Positions 38,601 to 54,200 of a stretch of DNA of 64,000 nt are shown here, piece by piece. The DNA is from Auanema rhodensis. Its lineage: Eukaryota > Animalia > Nematoda. The notes under the pieces are model-generated. The model was given only the letters and a program-made list of their open reading frames with translations. It was not told the origin of the DNA and searched no databases. The translations under genes and the position numbers were made by a program. The stretch is from positions 1,240,001-1,304,000 of the forward strand of contig OZ059899.1 of assembly GCA_964057225.1 (NCBI GenBank). Direction: 5' to 3'. Within the stretch, counting starts at the first letter, position 1. Each line of letters opens with the position of its first letter.

Positions 38601-41600
38601 CGTTTGAAAAATGATGCATTAGTGTATGTTGAGTTTCCATGTACACTTAACATTGCTTCCAAAAACATTTTGACAAAAATTTTTTCGAAAAATTTCAAAA
38701 TAATTTAGCAAAAAGTAGATGTTTTTAGATTCCATTTTTCAAGGCAAAGACGATAGACAATGTTATTCAACGAAAAAATTAATTCTTCAGGGTGAAAATC
38801 GAGGATATAAGTGTGAACTTATATCAGTTGATATCTCGGTGCATTTTTAAGCTAGCGCAAATATGATAACACAGATCGACGCAGCTTAAAAATCCGCATC
38901 GAATGCACTATACTACATTGAGAAACGCTTGATACAAAAATTAGTTATGATCGTTTGAAAAATGATGCATTAGTGTATGTTGAGTTTCCATGTACACACA
39001 ACATTGCTTCCAAAAACATTTTGACAAAAATTTTTTCGAAAAATTTCAAAATAATTTAGCAAAAAGTAGATGTTTTTAGATTCCTTTTCTTAAGGCAAAG
39101 ACGATGGACAATGTTATTCAACGAAAAAATTAATTCTTCAGGGTGAAAATCGAGGATATAGGTGTGAACTTATATCAGTTGATATCTCGGTGCATTTTTA
39201 AGCTAGCGCAAATCTGATAACACAGATCGACGCAGCTTAAAAATCCGCATCAAATGCACTATACTACATTGAGAAACGCTCAATACACAAATTAGTTATG
39301 ATCGTTTGAAAAATGATGCATTAGTGTATGTTGAGTTTCCATGTACACTCAACATTGCTTCCAAAAACATTTTGACAAAACTTTTTTCGAAAAATTTCAA
39401 AATAATTTAGCAAAAAGTAGATGTTTTTAGATTCCTTTTCTTAAGGCAAAGACGATGGACAATGTTATTCAACGAAAAAATTAATTCTTCAGGGTGAAAA
39501 TCGAGGATATAGGTGTGAACTTATATCAGTTGATATCTCGGTGCATTTTTAAGCTAGCGCAAATCTGATAACACAGATCGACGCAGCTTAAAAATCCGCA
39601 TCAAATGCACTATACTACATTGAGAAACGCTCAATACACAAATTAGTTATGATCGTTTGAAAAATGATGCATTAGTGTATGTTGAGTTTCCATGTACACT
39701 CAACATTGCTTCCAAAAACATTTTGACAAAAATTTTTTCGAAAAATTTCAAAATAATTTAGCAAAAAGTAGATGTTTTTAGATTCCATTTTTCAAGGCAA
39801 AGACGATAGACAATGTTATTCAACGAAAAAAGTAATTCTTCAGGGTGAAAATCGAGGATATAAGTGTGAACTTATATCAGTTGATATCTCGGTGCATTTT
39901 TAAGCTAGCGCAAATCTGATAACACAGATCGACGCAGCTTAAAAATCCGCATCGAATGCACTATACTACATTGAGAAACGCTTAATACAAAAATTAGTTA
40001 TGATCGTTTGAAAAATGATGCATTAGTGTATGTTGAGTTTCCATGTACACTTAACATTGCTTCCAAAAACATTTTGACAAAAATTTTTTCGAAAAATTTC
40101 AAAATAATTTAGCAAAAAGTAGATGTTTTTAGATTCCATTTTTCAAGGCAAAGACGATAGACAATGTTATTCAACGAAAAAATTAATTCTTCAGGGTGAA
40201 AATCGAGGATATAAGTGTGAACTTATATCAGTTGATATCTCGGTGCATTTTTAAGCTAGCGCAAATCTGATAACACAGATCGACGCAGCTTAAAAATCCG
40301 CATCGAATGCACTATACTACATTGAGAAACGCTTAATACAAAAATTAGTTATGATCGTTTGAAAAATGATGCATTAGTGTATGTTGAGTTTCCATGTACA
40401 CTTAACATTGCTTCCAAAAACATTTTGACAAAAATTTTTTCGAAAAATTTCAAAATAATTTAGCAAAAAGTAGATGTTTTTAGATTCCATTTTTCAAGGC
40501 AAAGACGATAGACAATGTTATTCAACGAAAAAATTAATTCTTCAGGGTGAAAATCGAGGATATAAGTGTGAACTTATATCAGTTGATATCTCGGTGCATT
40601 TTTAAGCTAGCGCAAATATGATAACACAGATCGACGCAGCTTAAAAATCCGCATCGAATGCACTATACTACATTGAGAAACGCTTGATACAAAAATTAGT
40701 TATGATCGTTTGAAAAATGATGCATTAGTGTATGTTGAGTTTCCATGTACACTCAACATTGCTTCCAAAAACATTTTGACAAAAATTTTTTCGAAAAATT
40801 TCAAAATAATTTAGCAAAAAGTAGATGTTTTTGGATTCCATTTTTCAAGGCAAAGACGATAGACAATGTTATTCAACGAAAAAAGTAATTCTTCAGGGTG
40901 AAAATCGAGGATATAAGTGTGAACTTATATCAGTTGATATCTCGGTGCATTTTTAAGCTAGCGCAAATCTGATAACACAGATCGACGCAGCTTAAAAATC
41001 CGCATCGAATGCACTATACTACATTGAGAAACGCTTAATACAAAAATTAGTTATGATCGTTTGAAAAATGATGCATTAGTGTATGTTGAGTTTCCATGTA
41101 CACTTAACATTGCTTCCAAAAACATTTTGACAAAAATTTTTTCGAAAAATTTCAAAATAATTTAGCAAAAAGTAGATGTTTTTAGATTCCATTTTTCAAG
41201 GCAAAGACGATAGACAATGTTATTCAACGAAAAAATTAATTCTTCAGGGTGAAAATCGAGGATATAAGTGTGAACTTATATCAGTTGATATCTCGGTGCA
41301 TTTTTAAGCTACCGCAAATCTGATAACACAGATCGACGCAGCTTAAAAATCCGCATCGAATGCACTATACTACATTGAGAAACGCTTAATACACAAATTA
41401 GTTATGATCGTTTGAAAAATGATGCATTAGTGTATGTTGAGTTTCCATGTACACTCAACATTGCTTCCAAAAACATTTTGACAAAAATTTTTTCGAAAAA
41501 TTTCAAAATAATTTAGCAAAAAGTAGATGTTTTTAGATTCCATTTTTCAAGGCAAAGACGATAGACAATGTTATTCAACGAAAAAATTAATTCTTCAGGG

Positions 41601-44600
41601 TGAAAATCGAGAATATAAGTGTGAACTTATTTCAGTTGATATCTCGGTGCATTTTTAAGCTAGCGCAAATCTGATAACACAGATCGACGCAGCTTAAAAA
41701 TCCGCATCGAATGCACTATACTACATTGAGAAACGCTTAATACAAAAATTAGTTATGATCGTTTGAAAAATGATGCATTAGTGTATGTTGAGTTTCCATG
41801 TACACTCAACATTGCTTCCAAAAACATTTTGACAAAAATTTTTTCGAAAAATTTCAAAATAATTTAGCAAAAAGTAGATGTTTTTAAATTCCTTTTTTTA
41901 AGGCAAAGACGATGGACAATGTTATTCAACGAAAAAATTAATTCTTCAGGGTGAAAATCGAGGATATAAGTGTGAACTTATATCAGTTGATATCTCGGTG
42001 CATTTTTAAGCTACCGCAAATCTGATAACACAGATCGACGCAGCTTAAAAATCCGCATCGAATGCACTATACTACATTGAGAAACGCTTAATACACAAAT
42101 TAGTTATGATCGTTTGAAAAATGATGCATTAGTGTATGTTGAGTTTCCATGTACACTCAACATTGCTTCCAAAAACATTTTGACAAAAATTTTTTCGAAA
42201 AATTTCAAAATAATTTAGCAAAAAGTAGATGTTTTTAGATTCCATTTTTCAAGGCAAAGACGATAGACAATGTTATTCAACGAAAAAATTAATTCTTCAG
42301 GGTGAAAATCGAGAATATAAGTGTGAACTTATTTCAGTTGATATCTCGGTGCATTTTTAAGCTAGCGCAAATCTGATAACACAGATCGACGCAGCTTAAA
42401 AATCCGCATCGAATGCACTATACTACATTGAGAAACGCTTAATACAAAAATTAGTTATGATCGTTTGAAAAATGATGCATTAGTGTATGTTGAGTTTCCA
42501 TGTACACTCAACATTGCTTCCAAAAACATTTTGACAAAAATTTTTTCGAAAAATTTCAAAATAATTTAGCAAAAAGTAGATGTTTTTAGATTTCATTTTT
42601 CAAGGCAAAGACGATAGACAATGTTATTCAACGAAAAAATTAATTCTTCAGGGTGAAAATCGAGGATATAAGTGTGAACTTATATCAGTTGATATCTCGG
42701 TGCATTTTTAAGCTACCGCAAATCTGATAACACAGATCGACGCAGCTTAAAAATCCGCATCGAATGCACTATACTACATTGAGAAACGCTCAATACACAA
42801 ATTAGTTATGATCGTTTGAAAAATGATGCATTAGTGTATGTTGAGTTTCCATGTACACTCAACATTGCTTCCAAAAACATTTTGACAAAAACTTTTTCGA
42901 AAAATTTCAAAATAATTTAGCAAAAAGTAGATGTTTTCAGATTCCATTTTTCAAGGCAAAGACGATAGACAATGTTATTCAACGAAAAAATTAATTCTTC
43001 AGGGTGAAAATCGAGAATATAAGTGTGAACTTATATCAGTTGATATCTCGGTGCATTTTTAAGCTAGCGCAAATCTGATAACACAGATCGACGCAGCTTA
43101 AAAATCCGCATCGAATGCACTATACTACATTGAGAAACGCTTAATACAAAAATTAGTTATGATCGTTTGAAAAATGATGCATTAGTGTATGTTGAGTTTC
43201 CATGTACACTCAACATTGCTTCCAAAAACATTTTGACAAAAATTTTTTCGAAAAATTTCAAAATAATTTAGCAAAAAGTAGATGTTTTTAGATTTCATTT
43301 TTCAAGGCAAAGACGATAGACAATGTTATTCAACGAAAAAATTAATTCTTCAGGGTGAAAATCGAGGATATAAGTGTGAACTTATATCAGTTGATATCTC
43401 GGTGCATTTTTAAGCTAGCGCAAATCTGATAACACAGATCGACGCAGCTTAAAAATCCGCATCGAATGCACTATACTACATTGAGAAACGCTTAATACAA
43501 AAATTAGTTATGATCGTTTGAAAAACGATGCATTAGTGTATGTTGAGTTTCCATGTACACTCAACATTGCTTCCAAAAACATTTTGACAAAAATTTTTTC
43601 GAAAAGTTTCAAAATAATTTAGCAAAAAGTAGATGTTTTTAGATTCCATTTTTCAAGGCAAAGACGATAGACAATGTTATTCAACGAAAAAATTAATTCT
43701 TCAGGGTGAAAATCGAGAATATAAGTGTGAACTTATATCAGTTGATATCTCGGTGCATTTTTAAGCTAGCGCAAATCTGATAACACAGATCGACGCAGCT
43801 TAAAAATCCGCATCGAATGCACTATACTACATTGAGAAACGCTTAATACAAAAATTAGTTATGATCGTTTGAAAAATGATGCATTAGTGTATGTTGAGTT
43901 TCCATGTACACTCAACATTGCTTCCAAAAACATTTTGACAAAAATTTTTTCGAAAAATTTCAAAATAATTTAGCAAAAAGTAGATGTTTTTAAATTCCTT
44001 TTTTTAAGGCAAAGACGATGGACAATGTTATTCAACGAAAAAATTAATTCTTCAGGGTGAAAATCGAGGATATAAGTGTGAACTTATATCAGTTGATATC
44101 TCGGTGCATTTTTAAGCTAGCGCAAATCTGATAACACAGATCGACGCAGCTTAAAAATCCGCATCGAATGCACTATACTACATCAAGAAACGCTTGATAC
44201 AAAAATTAGTTATGATCGTTTGAAAAATGATGCATTAGTGTATGTTGAGTTTCCATGTACACTCAACATTGCTTCCAAAAACATTTTGACAAAAATTTTT
44301 TCGAAAAATTTCAAAATAATTTAGCAAAAAGTAGATGTTTTTAGATTCCATTTTTCAAGGCAAAGACGATAGACAATGTTATTCAACGAAAAAATTAAAT
44401 CTTCAGGGTGAAAATCGAGGATATAAGTGTGAACTTATATCAGTTGATATCTCGGTGCATTTTTAAGCTAGCGCAAATCTGATAACACAGATCGACGCAG
44501 CTTAAAAATCCGCATCGAATGCACTATACTACATCAAGAAACGCTTGATACAAAAATTAGTTATGATCGTTTGAAAAATGATGCATTAGTGTATGTTGAG

Positions 44601-47600
44601 TTTCCATGTACACTCAACATTGCTTCCAAAAACATTTTGACAAAAATTTTTTCGAAAAATTTCAAAATAATTTAGCAAAAAGTAGATGTTTTTAAATTCC
44701 TTTTTTTAAGGCAAAGACGATGGACAATGTTATTCAACGAAAAAATTAATTCTTCAGGGTGAAAATCGAGGATATAAGTGTGAACTTATATCAGTTGATA
44801 TCTCGGTGCATTTTTAAGCTAGCGCAAATCTGATAACACAGATCGACGCAGCTTAAAAATCCGCATCGAATGCACTATACTACATCAAAAAACGCTTGAT
44901 ACAAAAATTAGTTATGATCGTTTGAAAAATGATGCATTAGTGTATGTTGAGTTTCCATGTACACTCAACATTGCTTCCAAAAACATTTTGACAAAAATTT
45001 TTTCGAAAAATTTCAAAATAATTTAGCAAAAAGTAGATGTTTTTAGATTCCATTTTTCAAGGCAAAGACGATAGACAATGTTATTCAACGAAAAAATTAA
45101 TTCTTCAGGGTGAAAATCGAGGATATAAGTGTGAACTTATATCAGTTGATATCTCGGTGCATTTTTAAGCTAGCGCAAATCTGATAACACAGATCGACGC
45201 AGCTTAAAAATCCGCATCGAATGCACTATACTACATCAAAAAACGCTTGATACAAAAATTAGTTATGATCGTTTGAAAAATGATGCATTAGTGTATGTTG
45301 AGTTTCCATGTACACTCAACATTGCTTCCAAAAACATTTTGACAAAAATTTTTTCGAAAAATTTCAAAATAATTTAGCAAAAAGTAGATGTTTTTAGATT
45401 CCATTTTTCAAGGCAAAGACGATAGACAATGTTATTCAACGAAAAAATTAATTCTTCAGGGTGAAAATCGAGGATATAAGTGTGAACTTATATCAGTTGA
45501 TATCTCGGTGCATTTTTAAGCTAGCGCAAATCTGATAACACAGATCGACGCAGCTTAAAAATCCGCATCGAATGCACTATACTACATTGAGAAACGCTTA
45601 ATACACAAATTAGTTATGATCGTTTGAAAAATGATGCATTAGTGTATGTTGAGTTTCCATGTACACTCAACATTGCTTCCAAAAACATTTTGACAAAAAT
45701 TTTTTCGAAAAATTTCAAAATAATTTAGCAAAAAGTAGATGTTTTTAGATTCCATTTTTCAAGGCAAAGACGATAGACAATGTTATTCAACGAAAAAATT
45801 AATTCTTCAGGGTGAAAATCGAGGATATAAGTGTGAACTTATATCAGTTGATATCTCGGTGCATTTTTAAGCTAGCGCAAATCTGATAACACAGATCGAC
45901 GCAGCTTAAAAATCCGCATCGAATGCACTATACTACATTGAGAAACGCTTAATACACAAATTAGTTATGATCGTTTGAAAAATGATGCATTAGTGTATGT
46001 TGAGTTTCCATGTACACTCAACATTGCTTCCAAAAACATTTTGACAAAAATTTTTTCGAAAAATTTCAAAATAATTTAGCAAAAAGTAGATGTTTTTAGA
46101 TTCCTTTTCTTAAGGCAAAGACGATGGACAATGTTATTCAACGAAAAAATTAATTCTTCAGGGTGAAAATCGAGGATATAGGTGTGAACTTATATCAGTT
46201 GATATCTCGGTGCATTTTTAAGCTAGCGCAAATCTGATAACACAGATCGACGCAGCTTAAAAATCCGCATCGAATGCACTATACTACATCGAGAAACGCT
46301 TGATACAAAAATTAGTTATGATCGTTTGAAAAATGATGCATTAGTGTATGTTGAGTTTCCATGTACACACAACATTGCTTCCAAAAACATTTTGACAAAA
46401 ATTTTTTCGAAAAATTTCAAAATAATTTAGCAAAAAGTAGATGTTTTTAGATTCCTTTTCTTAAGGCAAAGACGATGGACAATGTTATTCAACGAAAAAA
46501 TTAATTCTTCAGGGTGAAACTCGAGGATATAAGTGTGAACTTATATCAGTTGATATCTCGGTGCATTTTTAAGCTAGCGCAAATCTGATAACACAGATCG
46601 ACGCAGCTTAAAAATCCGCATCGAATGCACTATACTACATCAAGAAACGCTTGATACAAAAATTAGTTATGATCGTTTGAAAAATGATGCATTAGTGTAT
46701 GTTGAGTTTCCATGTACACTCAACATTGCTTCCAAAAACATTTTGACAAAAATTTTTTCGAAAAATTTCAAAATAATTTAGCAAAAAGTAGATGTTTTTA
46801 AATTCCTTTTTTTAAGGCAAAGACGATGGACAATGTTATTCAACGAAAAAATTAATTCTTCAGGGTGAAAATCGAGGATATAAGTGTGAACTTATATCAG
46901 TTGATATCTCGGTGCATTTTTAAGCTAGCGCAAATATGATAACACAGATCGACGCAGCTTAAAAATCCGCATCGAATGCACTATACTACATTGAGAAACG
47001 CTTGATACAAAAATTAGTTATGATCGTTTGAAAAATGATGCATTAGTGTATGTTGAGTTTCCATGTACACACAACATTGCTTCCAAAAACATTTTGACAA
47101 AAATTTTTTCGAAAAATTTCAAAATAATTTAGCAAAAAGTAGATGTTTTTAGATTCCTTTTCTTAAGGCAAAGACGATGGACAATGTTATTCAACGAAAA
47201 AATTAATTCTTCAGGGTGAAAATCGAGGATATAGGTGTGAACTTATATCAGTTGATATCTCGGTGCATTTTTAAGCTAGCGCAAATCTGATAACACAGAT
47301 CGACGCAGCTTAAAAATCCGCATCGAATGCACTATACTACATTGAGAAACGCTCAATACACAAATTAGTTATGATCGTTTGAAAAATGATGCATTAGTGT
47401 ATGTTGAGTTTCCATGTACACTCAACATTGCTTCCAAAAACATTTTGACAAAAATTTTTTCGAAAAATTTCAAAATAATTTAGCAAAAAGTAGATGTTTT
47501 TAGATTCCATTTTTCAAGGCAAAGACGATAGACAATGTTATTCAACGAAAAAAGTAATTCTTCAGGGTGAAAATCGAGGATATAAGTGTGAACTTATATC

Positions 47601-50600
47601 AGTTGATATCTCGGTGCATTTTTAAGCTAGCGCAAATCTGATAACACAGATCGACGCAGCTTAAAAATCCGCATCGAATGCACTATACTACATTGAGAAA
47701 CGCTTAATACAAAAATTAGTTATGATCGTTTGAAAAATGATGCATTAGTGTATGTTGAGTTTCCATGTACACTTAACATTGCTTCCAAAAACATTTTGAC
47801 AAAAATTTTTTCGAAAAATTTCAAAATAATTTAGCAAAAAGTAGATGTTTTTAGATTCCATTTTTCAAGGCAAAGACGATAGACAATGTTATTCAACGAA
47901 AAAATTAATTCTTCAGGGTGAAAATCGAGGATATAAGTGTGAACTTATATCAGTTGATATCTCGGTGCATTTTTAAGCTAGCGCAAATCTGATAACACAG
48001 ATCGACGCAGCTTAAAAATCCGCATCGAATGCACTATACTACATTGAGAAACGCTTAATACAAAAATTAGTTATGATCGTTTGAAAAATGATGCATTAGT
48101 GTATGTTGAGTTTCCATGTACACTTAACATTGCTTCCAAAAACATTTTGACAAAAATTTTTTCGAAAAATTTCAAAATAATTTAGCAAAAAGTAGATGTT
48201 TTTAGATTCCATTTTTCAAGGCAAAGACGATAGACAATGTTATTCAACGAAAAAATTAATTCTTCAGGGTGAAAATCGAGGATATAAGTGTGAACTTATA
48301 TCAGTTGATATCTCGGTGCATTTTTAAGCTAGCGCAAATATGATAACACAGATCGACGCAGCTTAAAAATCCGCATCGAATGCACTATACTACATTGAGA
48401 AACGCTTGATACAAAAATTAGTTATGATCGTTTGAAAAATGATGCATTAGTGTATGTTGAGTTTCCATGTACACACAACATTGCTTCCAAAAACATTTTG
48501 ACAAAAATTTTTTCGAAAAATTTCAAAATAATTTAGCAAAAAGTAGATGTTTTTAGATTCCTTTTCTTAAGGCAAAGACGATGGACAATGTTATTCAACG
48601 AAAAAATTAATTCTTCAGGGTGAAAATCGAGGATATAGGTGTGAACTTATATCAGTTGATATCTCGGTGCATTTTTAAGCTAGCGCAAATCTGATAACAC
48701 AGATCGACGCAGCTTAAAAATCCGCATCAAATGCACTATACTACATTGAGAAACGCTCAATACACAAATTAGTTATGATCGTTTGAAAAATGATGCATTA
48801 GTGTATGTTGAGTTTCCATGTACACTCAACATTGCTTCCAAAAACATTTTGACAAAAATTTTTTCGAAAAATTTCAAAATAATTTAGCAAAAAGTAGATG
48901 TTTTTAGATTCCATTTTTCAAGGCAAAGACGATAGACAATGTTATTCAACGAAAAAAGTAATTCTTCAGGGTGAAAATCGAGGATATAAGTGTGAACTTA
49001 TATCAGTTGATATCTCGGTGCATTTTTAAGCTAGCGCAAATCTGATAACACAGATCGACGCAGCTTAAAAATCCGCATCGAATGCACTATACTACATTGA
49101 GAAACGCTTAATACAAAAATTAGTTATGATCGTTTGAAAAATGATGCATTAGTGTATGTTGAGTTTCCATGTACACTTAACATTGCTTCCAAAAACATTT
49201 TGACAAAAATTTTTTCGAAAAATTTCAAAATAATTTAGCAAAAAGTAGATGTTTTTAGATTCCATTTTTCAAGGCAAAGACGAGAGACAATGTTATTCAA
49301 CGAAAAAATTAATTCTTCAGGGTGAAAATCGAGGATATAAGTGTGAACTTATATCAGTTGATATCTCGGTGCATTTTTAAGCTACCGCAAATCTGATAAC
49401 ACAGATCGACGCAGCTTAAAAATCCGCATCGAATGCACTATACTACATTGAGAAACGCTTAATACACAAATTAGTTATGATCGTTTGAAAAATGATGCAT
49501 TAGTGTATGTTGAGTTTCCATGTACACTCAACATTGCTTCCAAAAACATTTTGACAAAAATTTTTTCGAAAAATTTCAAAATAATTTAGCAAAAAGTAGA
49601 TGTTTTTAGATTCCATTTTTCAAGGCAAAGACGATAGACAATGTTATTCAACGAAAAAATTAATTCTTCAGGGTGAAAATCGAGAATATAAGTGTGAACT
49701 TATTTCAGTTGATATCTCGGTGCATTTTTAAGCTAGCGCAAATCTGATAACACAGATCGACGCAGCTTAAAAATCCGCATCGAATGCACTATACTACATT
49801 GAGAAACGCTCAATACAAAAATTAGTTATGATCGTTTGAAAAATGATGCATTAGTGTATGTTGAGTTTCCATGTACACTCAACATTGCTTCCAAAAACAT
49901 TTTGACAAAAATTTTTTCGAAAAATTTCAAAATAATTTAGCAAAAAGTAGATGTTTTTAGATTTCATTTTCCAAGGCAAAGACGATAGACAATGTTATTC
50001 AACGAAAAAATTAATTCTTCAGGGTGAAAATCGAGGATATAAGTGTGAACTTATATCAGTTGATATCTCGGTGCATTTTTAAGCTACCGCAAATCTGATA
50101 ACACAGATCGACGCAGCTTAAAAATCCGCATCGAATGCACTATACTACATTGAGAAACGCTCAATACACAAATTAGTTATGATCGTTTGAAAAATGATGC
50201 ATTAGTGTATGTTGAGTTTCCATGTACACTCAACATTGCTTCCAAAAACATTTTGACAAAAACTTTTTCGAAAAATTTCAAAATAATTTAGCAAAAAGTA
50301 GATGTTTTCAGATTCCATTTTTCAAGGCAAAGACGATAGACAATGTTATTCAACGAAAAAATTAATTCTTCAGGGTGAAAATCGAGAATATAAGTGTGAA
50401 CTTATATCAGTTGATATCTCGGTGCATTTTTAAGCTAGCGCAAATCTGATAACACAGATCGACGCAGCTTAAAAATCCGCATCGAATGCACTATACTACA
50501 TTGAGAAACGCTTAATACAAAAATTAGTTATGATCGTTTGAAAAATGATGCATTAGTGTATGTTGAGTTTCCATGTACACTCAACATTGCTTCCAAAAAC

Positions 50601-51248
50601 ATTTTGACAAAAATTTTTTCGAAAAATTTCAAGATAATTTAGCAAAAAGTAGATGTTTTTAGATTTCATTTTTCAAGGCAAAGACGATAGACAATGTTAT
50701 TCAACGAAAAAATTAATTCTTCAGGGTGAAAATCGAGGATATAAGTGTGAACTTATATCAGTTGATATCTCGGTGCATTTTTAAGCTAGCGCAAATCTGA
50801 TAACACAGATCGACGCAGCTTAAAAATCCGCATCGAATGCACTATACTACATTGAGAAACGCTTAATACAAAAATTAGTTATGATCGTTTGAAAAACGAT
50901 GCATTAGTGTATGTTGAGTTTCCATGTACACTCAACATTGCTTCCAAAAACATTTTGACAAAAATTTTTTCGAAAAGTTTCAAAATAATTTAGCAAAAAG
51001 TAGATGTTTTTAGATTCCATTTTTCAAGGCAAAGACGATAGACAATGTTATTCAACGAAAAAATTAATTCTTCAGGGTGAAAATCGAGAATATAAGTGTG
51101 AACTTATATCAGTTGATATCTCGGTGCATTTTTAAGCTAGCGCAAATCTGATAACACAGATCGACGCAGCTTAAAAATCCGCATCGAATGCACTATACTA
51201 CATTGAGAAACGCTTAATACAAAAATTAGTTATGATCGTTTGAAAAAT
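32646..51248. repeat. Large tandem block duplication: m93-124 (32646-43877) and m125-145 (43878-51248), collinear with different internal expansions
   Basis: Private markers appear in the same order in both blocks: TAAATC, ATCAAAAAA, GATATAGG, GAAACTC (34586 and 46520 only), AAATATG, CACTTA, CTACCG, TATTTC, AAACTTT + TTTCAG, AAAACGAT + AAAAGTTT (43526, 50897). Confidence 0.82.
35103..40718. repeat. 4-mer higher-order repeat cluster (about 4 copies, including 3-mer and 5-mer derivatives)
   Basis: The unit is [ACACAC + TTTTCTT + GATATAGG],[AAAGTAATT],[CACTTA],[CACTTA + AAATATG]. It occurs at m100-103, m104-107, m108-110 (one monomer lost) and m111-115 (one gained), and again at m134-137 (47037-48440). 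Confidence 0.85.
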
Positions 51249-54200
51249 GATGCATTAGTGTATGTTGAGTTTCCATGTACACTCAACATTGCTTCCAAAA
51301 ACATTTTGACAAAAATTTTTTCGAAAAATTTCAAAATAATTTAGCAAAAAGTAGATGTTTTTAGATTCCATTTTTCAAGGCAAAGACGATAGACAATGTT
51401 ATTCAACGAAAAAATTAATTCTTCAGGGTGAAAATCGAGAATATAAGTGTGAACTTATTTCAGTTGATATCTCGGTGCATTTTTAAGCTAGCGCAAATCT
51501 GATAACAGAGATCGACGCAGCTTAAAAGATCGACGCAGCTTAAAAATCCGCATCGAATGCACTATACTACATTGAGAAACGCTTAATACAAAAATTAGTT
51601 ATGATCGTTTGAAAAATGATGCATTAGTGTATGTTGAGTTTCCATGTACACTCAACATTGCTTCCAAAAACATTTTGACAAAAATTTTTTCGAAAAATTT
51701 CAAAATAATTTAGCAAAAAGTAGATGTTTTTAGATTTCATTTTTCAAGGCAAAGACGATAGACAATGTTATTCAACGAAAAAATTAATTCTTCAGGGTGA
51801 AAATCGAGGATATAAGTGTGAACTTATATCAGTTGATATCTCGGTGCATTTTTAAGCTAGCGCAAATCTGATAACACAGATCGACGCAGCTTAAAAATCC
51901 GCATCGAATGCACTATACTACATTGAGAAACGCTTAATACAAAAATTAGTTATGATTGTTTGAAAAATGATGCATTAGTGTATGTTGAGTTTCCATGTAC
52001 ACTTAACATTGCTTCCAAAAACATTTTGACAAAAATTTTTTCGAAAAATTTCAAAATAATTTAGCAAAAAGTAGATGTTTTTAGATTCCATTTTTCAAGG
52101 CAAAGACGAGAGACAATGTTATTCAACGAAAAAATTAATTCTTCAGGGTGAAAATCGAGGATATAAGTGTGAACTTATATCAGTTGATATCTCGGTGCAT
52201 TTTTAAGCTACCGCAAATCTGATAACACAGATCGACGCAGCTTAAAAATCCGCATCGAATGCACTATACTACATTGAGAAACGCTTAATACACAAATTAG
52301 TTATGATCGTTTGAAAAATGATGCATTAGTGTATGTTGAGTTTCCATGTACACTCAACATTGCTTCCAAAAACATTTTGACAAAAATTTTTTCGAAAAAT
52401 TTCAAAATAATTTAGCAAAAAGTAGATGTTTTTAGATTCCATTTTTCAAGGCAAAGACGATAGACAATGTTATTCAACGAAAAAATTAATTCTTCAGGGT
52501 GAAAATCGAGAATATAAGTGTGAACTTATTTCAGTTGATATCTCGGTGCATTTTTAAGCTAGCGCAAATCTGATAACACAGATCGACGCAGCTTAAAAAT
52601 CCGCATCGAATGCACTATACTACATTGAGAAACGCTTAATACAAAAATTAGTTATGATCGTTTGAAAAATGATGCATTAGTGTATGTTGAGTTTCCATGT
52701 ACACTCAACATTGCTTCCAAAAACATTTTGACAAAAATTTTTTCGAAAAATTTCAAAATAATTTAGCAAAAAGTAGATGTTTTTAGATTTCATTTTCCAA
52801 GGCAAAGACGATAGACAATGTTATTCAACGAAAAAATTAATTCTTCAGGGTGAAAATCGAGGATATAAGTGTGAACTTATATCAGTTGATATCTCGGTGC
52901 ATTTTTAAGCTACCGCAAATCTGATAACACAGATCGACGCAGCTTAAAAATCCGCATCGAATGCACTATACTACATTGAGAAACGCTCAATACACAAATT
53001 AGTTATGATCGTTTGAAAAATGATGCATTAGTGTATGTTGAGTTTCCATGTACACTCAACATTGCTTCCAAAAACATTTTGACAAAAACTTTTTCGAAAA
53101 ATTTCAAAATAATTTAGCAAAAAGTAGATGTTTTCAGATTCCATTTTTCAAGGCAAAGACGATAGACAATGTTATTCAACGAAAAAATTAATTCTTCAGG
53201 GTGAAAATCGAGAATATAAGTGTGAACTTATATCAGTTGATATCTCGGTGCATTTTTAAGCTAGCGCAAATCTGATAACACAGATCGACGCAGCTTAAAA
53301 ATCCGCATCGAATGCACTATACTACATTGAGAAACGCTTAATACAAAAATTAGTTATGATCGTTTGAAAAATGATGCATTAGTGTATGTTGAGTTTCCAT
53401 GTACACTCAACATTGCTTCCAAAAACATTTTGACAAAAATTTTTTCGAAAAATTTCAAAATAATTTAGCAAAAAGTAGATGTTTTTAGATTTCATTTTCC
53501 AAGGCAAAGACGATAGACAATGTTATTCAACGAAAAAATTAATTCTTCAGGGTGAAAATCGAGGATATAAGTGTGAACTTATATCAGTTGATATCTCGGT
53601 GCATTTTTAAGCTACCGCAAATCTGATAACACAGATCGACGCAGCTTAAAAATCCGCATCGAATGCACTATACTACATTGAGAAACGCTCAATACACAAA
53701 TTAGTTATGATCGTTTGAAAAATGATGCATTAGTGTATGTTGAGTTTCCATGTACACTCAACATTGCTTCCAAAAACATTTTGACAAAAACTTTTTCGAA
53801 AAATTTCAGAATAATTTAGCAAAAAGTAGATGTTTTCAGATTCCATTTTTCAAGGCAAAGACGATAGACAATGTTATTCAACGAAAAAATTAATTCTTCA
53901 GGGTGAAAATCGAGAATATAAGTGTGAACTTATATCAGTTGATATCTCGGTGCATTTTTAAGCTAGCGCAAATCTGATAACACAGATCGACGCAGCTTAA
54001 AAATCCGCATCGAATGCACTATACTACATTGAGAAACGCTTAATACAAAAATTAGTTATGATCGTTTGAAAAATGATGCATTAGTGTATGTTGAGTTTCC
54101 ATGTACACTCAACATTGCTTCCAAAAACATTTTGACAAAAATTTTTTCGAAAAATTTCAAGATAATTTAGCAAAAAGTAGATGTTTTTAGATTTCATTTT

